Assembly (NCBI GenBank): GCA_024704765.1
Contig: JAKMXF010000317.1
Span: forward strand, 248,160 to 312,159
Direction of reading: 5' to 3'
Length of the DNA: 64,000 nt
Origin: Oopsacas minuta
Lineage: Eukaryota > Animalia > Porifera
Shown: in pieces, positions 61,633 through 64,000 of the stretch
How positions within the stretch are numbered: the stretch's first letter is position 1
Layout of the letters: the number at the start of each line of letters is the position of its first letter
The notes under the pieces: generated by a model
What the model saw: only the letters and a program-made list of their open reading frames with translations
Told to the model about the DNA's origin: nothing
Database searches by the model: none
Made by a program: the position numbers and the translations under genes

Positions 61633-62769
61633 TATGTTGGGATTTCCATTCCATCATAACTATACCATATACCACCATAAGTTATCCGCATGTTAAGTGT
61701 AGTCCAGCATGGATCGTGTAGCCAATCGCACATGTTGTAGACGACAGTTTTTGTGTTTATGGATAAAAATATCATCGATTTGATGTGGTTGGATATGTTG
61801 CTTCGAATTGAGGTGTCCAAGTTCAAGAATTAAGACAGCTGGTATCCTTATAATGCATAAGAAATATGTTCAATGTTTGCACTAACATCTCTACATTTCA
61901 GACAGTGATAGGCTAAAGAGATTCGAGTGTCAATGCTACTCTGACAACCTTCTGTAAAGTTGTATTTTGAAGATATGTCAATTTTCCTTTCAGAAACACA
62001 ACAACAGCTACAGCACTGGAATTCGATTTGATAAAATTACAATACAAGTGTAGATCTTTCAATAGCTTTGTCACATATCCCTCGTCCAGTAAAATCGTAA
62101 CGAGAATCAGCTAGTTTGATATTAAGTCTTAATTGATTGAAACTTTGAACCTTAATCATTGTCATGATCGTTTCCAAATCTTCTGAAACGGAAGTGGGAG
62201 GCTAACTCAAATGAAGTCAAGATAGTTTTCAGATGGATACTTAGGATGGCAATGATGTATGTTATCGAGGGGACAAGTGTTAACAAGCTTTACTCAGCTG
62301 TATTTCCCACCCCATGCCCCATTCAACACAGATATCTTCTAATGATTGTAATGACGAAAAGGATTCTGTTCCCACATCTAGGATTTGCATTCCAGGACGG
62401 TTTGGAGCATTTGAAATAGTTAATAGTTGTTGTATCACTGGGAGTAGAACTTTTGTTGAATAATCTGTACTTTATTATCCCAAAGTGTAGAAATTTAAAA
62501 TCCTCTTTTGTATATTGATAATATGGAATCTTTATAAACTGACTCTCAAAGTACCATTCTTTGACCATCATTGAGATTCCATAGGTTGCACATGTGATAT
62601 CGTTTGATTCAGCATATAGAGAGGGGGTAATGTTCCAATCTCCATTCCAATATATTGACGTAATTCATGCCGCATCTTTTGTCTGGATCTGCATAGAGGT
62701 GCGAAAGTGGAATGTGTGTACTCAGAGATTCTATTACTGCATCCTTCATTTGAGACAATTGATTAATTA

Positions 62770-63560
62770 TTGCTTGTTTAGATCGTCCAACATTTGTATT
62801 TGTTCGATTTCCACGACTGTGTTCAGGTGGTGGTAAGAGACTAGGTTAATCCACTCTGTTTGGATTTCTTCATCAGTAAATTCGATATCTGATATAATAG
62901 GGCTTTCCAACGTGATATGCTTAGTCTGCGGTAAATTTGAGTTTTTCCAAAGCCTAACTTTTGATATTATGACACGCTGAACTGTATTGTTCCGACACAT
63001 GTGTACAGAGTTAGTTGAAACTTTAGTAATCGGATATGGACCAATCCACTTACTTTGTAATTTCCCACTTTAAGTTCTCAATCAGGACATCATCTGATAC
63101 ATTTATGATGTTAGCGATTGGGTTGACCTTTTTATCATATTGTTTTTTCATCATTTCTTTTGATTTGACTAGGTTTTTACCAGCTTCTTTGAAAGAATGC
63201 TCTTGTGTGCTTTTCATGAAATCTACTAAGTCTGCGGTTTGAGTAACATCTAAATCAACGGAAGTACTTGAAACATCTGGATAGAGGAACTGGAGATTCA
63301 TGATTTCGTTTGGAAGGCGCGGTTTTTGAGAACCATTCATATTCTAAAGCAGAATAATTAGTTGTGTTTCTCGGGCGAATGTTGAGAGAAAATGTAACCT
63401 GTTCTAGATAATAAAACCAGCTATGGTTCTTCTCGCCAATCAACTTTATTAGAGTCACTTTAACGCCTTATGTGCTGACTCAGTAAGGCCATTTGTTTGG
63501 GCCATATATGGTAATATTCAGGATTGCGTCATTATCGTAGGAGATATCATATCAACATTT
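62770..63560 (-). mobile_element. Gypsy/Ginger-type integrase C-terminal remnant
   Basis: PYMAQTNGLTE, V.FSLNIRP...TNYSA, KKQYDKK and GKLQSKWIGPYPI (GPY motif), spread across frameshifts. Confidence 0.72.
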
Positions 63561-63590
63561 ACTATAAGGGAAAGGGAAATCGGGTATATA

Positions 63591-63797
63591 CACTGCCTGG
63601 CCAAAAGTATTGGTACAATGCGATGATACGTAGAAAGATTCTATGGCTATAGCAGAAAGTAGAACAATTGCTTGTTATCATTGGTTGAAGTTCCTTATTG
63701 TTTAAAATCATCTTTAACCTATACAACTAAAGAGACATGCCCTCAGTGTCAGGTGTCAATTGTGGATGGGTGTTCCAATACCCTTGGCCAGGCAGTG
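63591..63797. mobile_element. Tc1-like MITE
   Basis: TA|cactgcctggccaa...ttggccaggcagtg|TA. Confidence 0.85.
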
Positions 63798-64000
63798 TAC
63801 TATAAATCGGGAATAGTTAGATTTGTTAGATCATTGAGGGTTTTCGACTTATAAATAGATATTGATAAATTATTACCATCCATGGTCACTACTGTAACTC
63901 AAGAACCTGTCAACTTTATCATGACAAGTGTTTATATGTTTTACAAAAGCATCTTTACATCATTTCGTACATTAACTTTGAAATCAAAGATGCGATATTT

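Noticed and set aside
1-64000. CRISPR arrays, tRNA or rRNA genes, prokaryotic operons
   Set aside because: No regular repeat-spacer arrays or cloverleaf-compatible sequences were seen. The content is eukaryotic.

Overview
AT-rich, intron-poor eukaryotic (animal-like) genomic DNA that is dense in transposons. The gene set and the NHL family style suggest a compact sponge genome such as a glass sponge; this is an unverified inference. Host genes: four NHL-repeat (beta-propeller) paralogues plus two remnants, a cyclic-nucleotide-binding-domain exon, NPRL2 (one in-frame stop), an eIF3a N-terminal fragment, a class I PI3K catalytic subunit (lesions confined to the 5' end), a secreted IGFBP-domain Cys-rich protein, RPL14, and an NF-kB/Rel protein with no ankyrin repeats. 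Mobile DNA: mariner (DD34D), Tc1-like DD37E (one intact copy nested in a TIR of a relative), maT-like, Tigger/pogo, two hAT types, MULE, Gypsy/Ginger-type integrase remnants, Helitron-like non-autonomous elements and many TA-target MITEs. Main discovery: a degraded endogenous CRESS (circovirus-like ssDNA) virus element, split across reading frames. It has Rep SF3 helicase motifs (Walker A, Walker B, motif C, Arg finger) and a perfect 23-bp-stem hairpin. It lies directly upstream of an NHL gene, and the pair has been duplicated in inverted orientation (about 13.4-16.0 kb versus 36.5-38.8 kb), with one breakpoint exactly at a hAT terminus.
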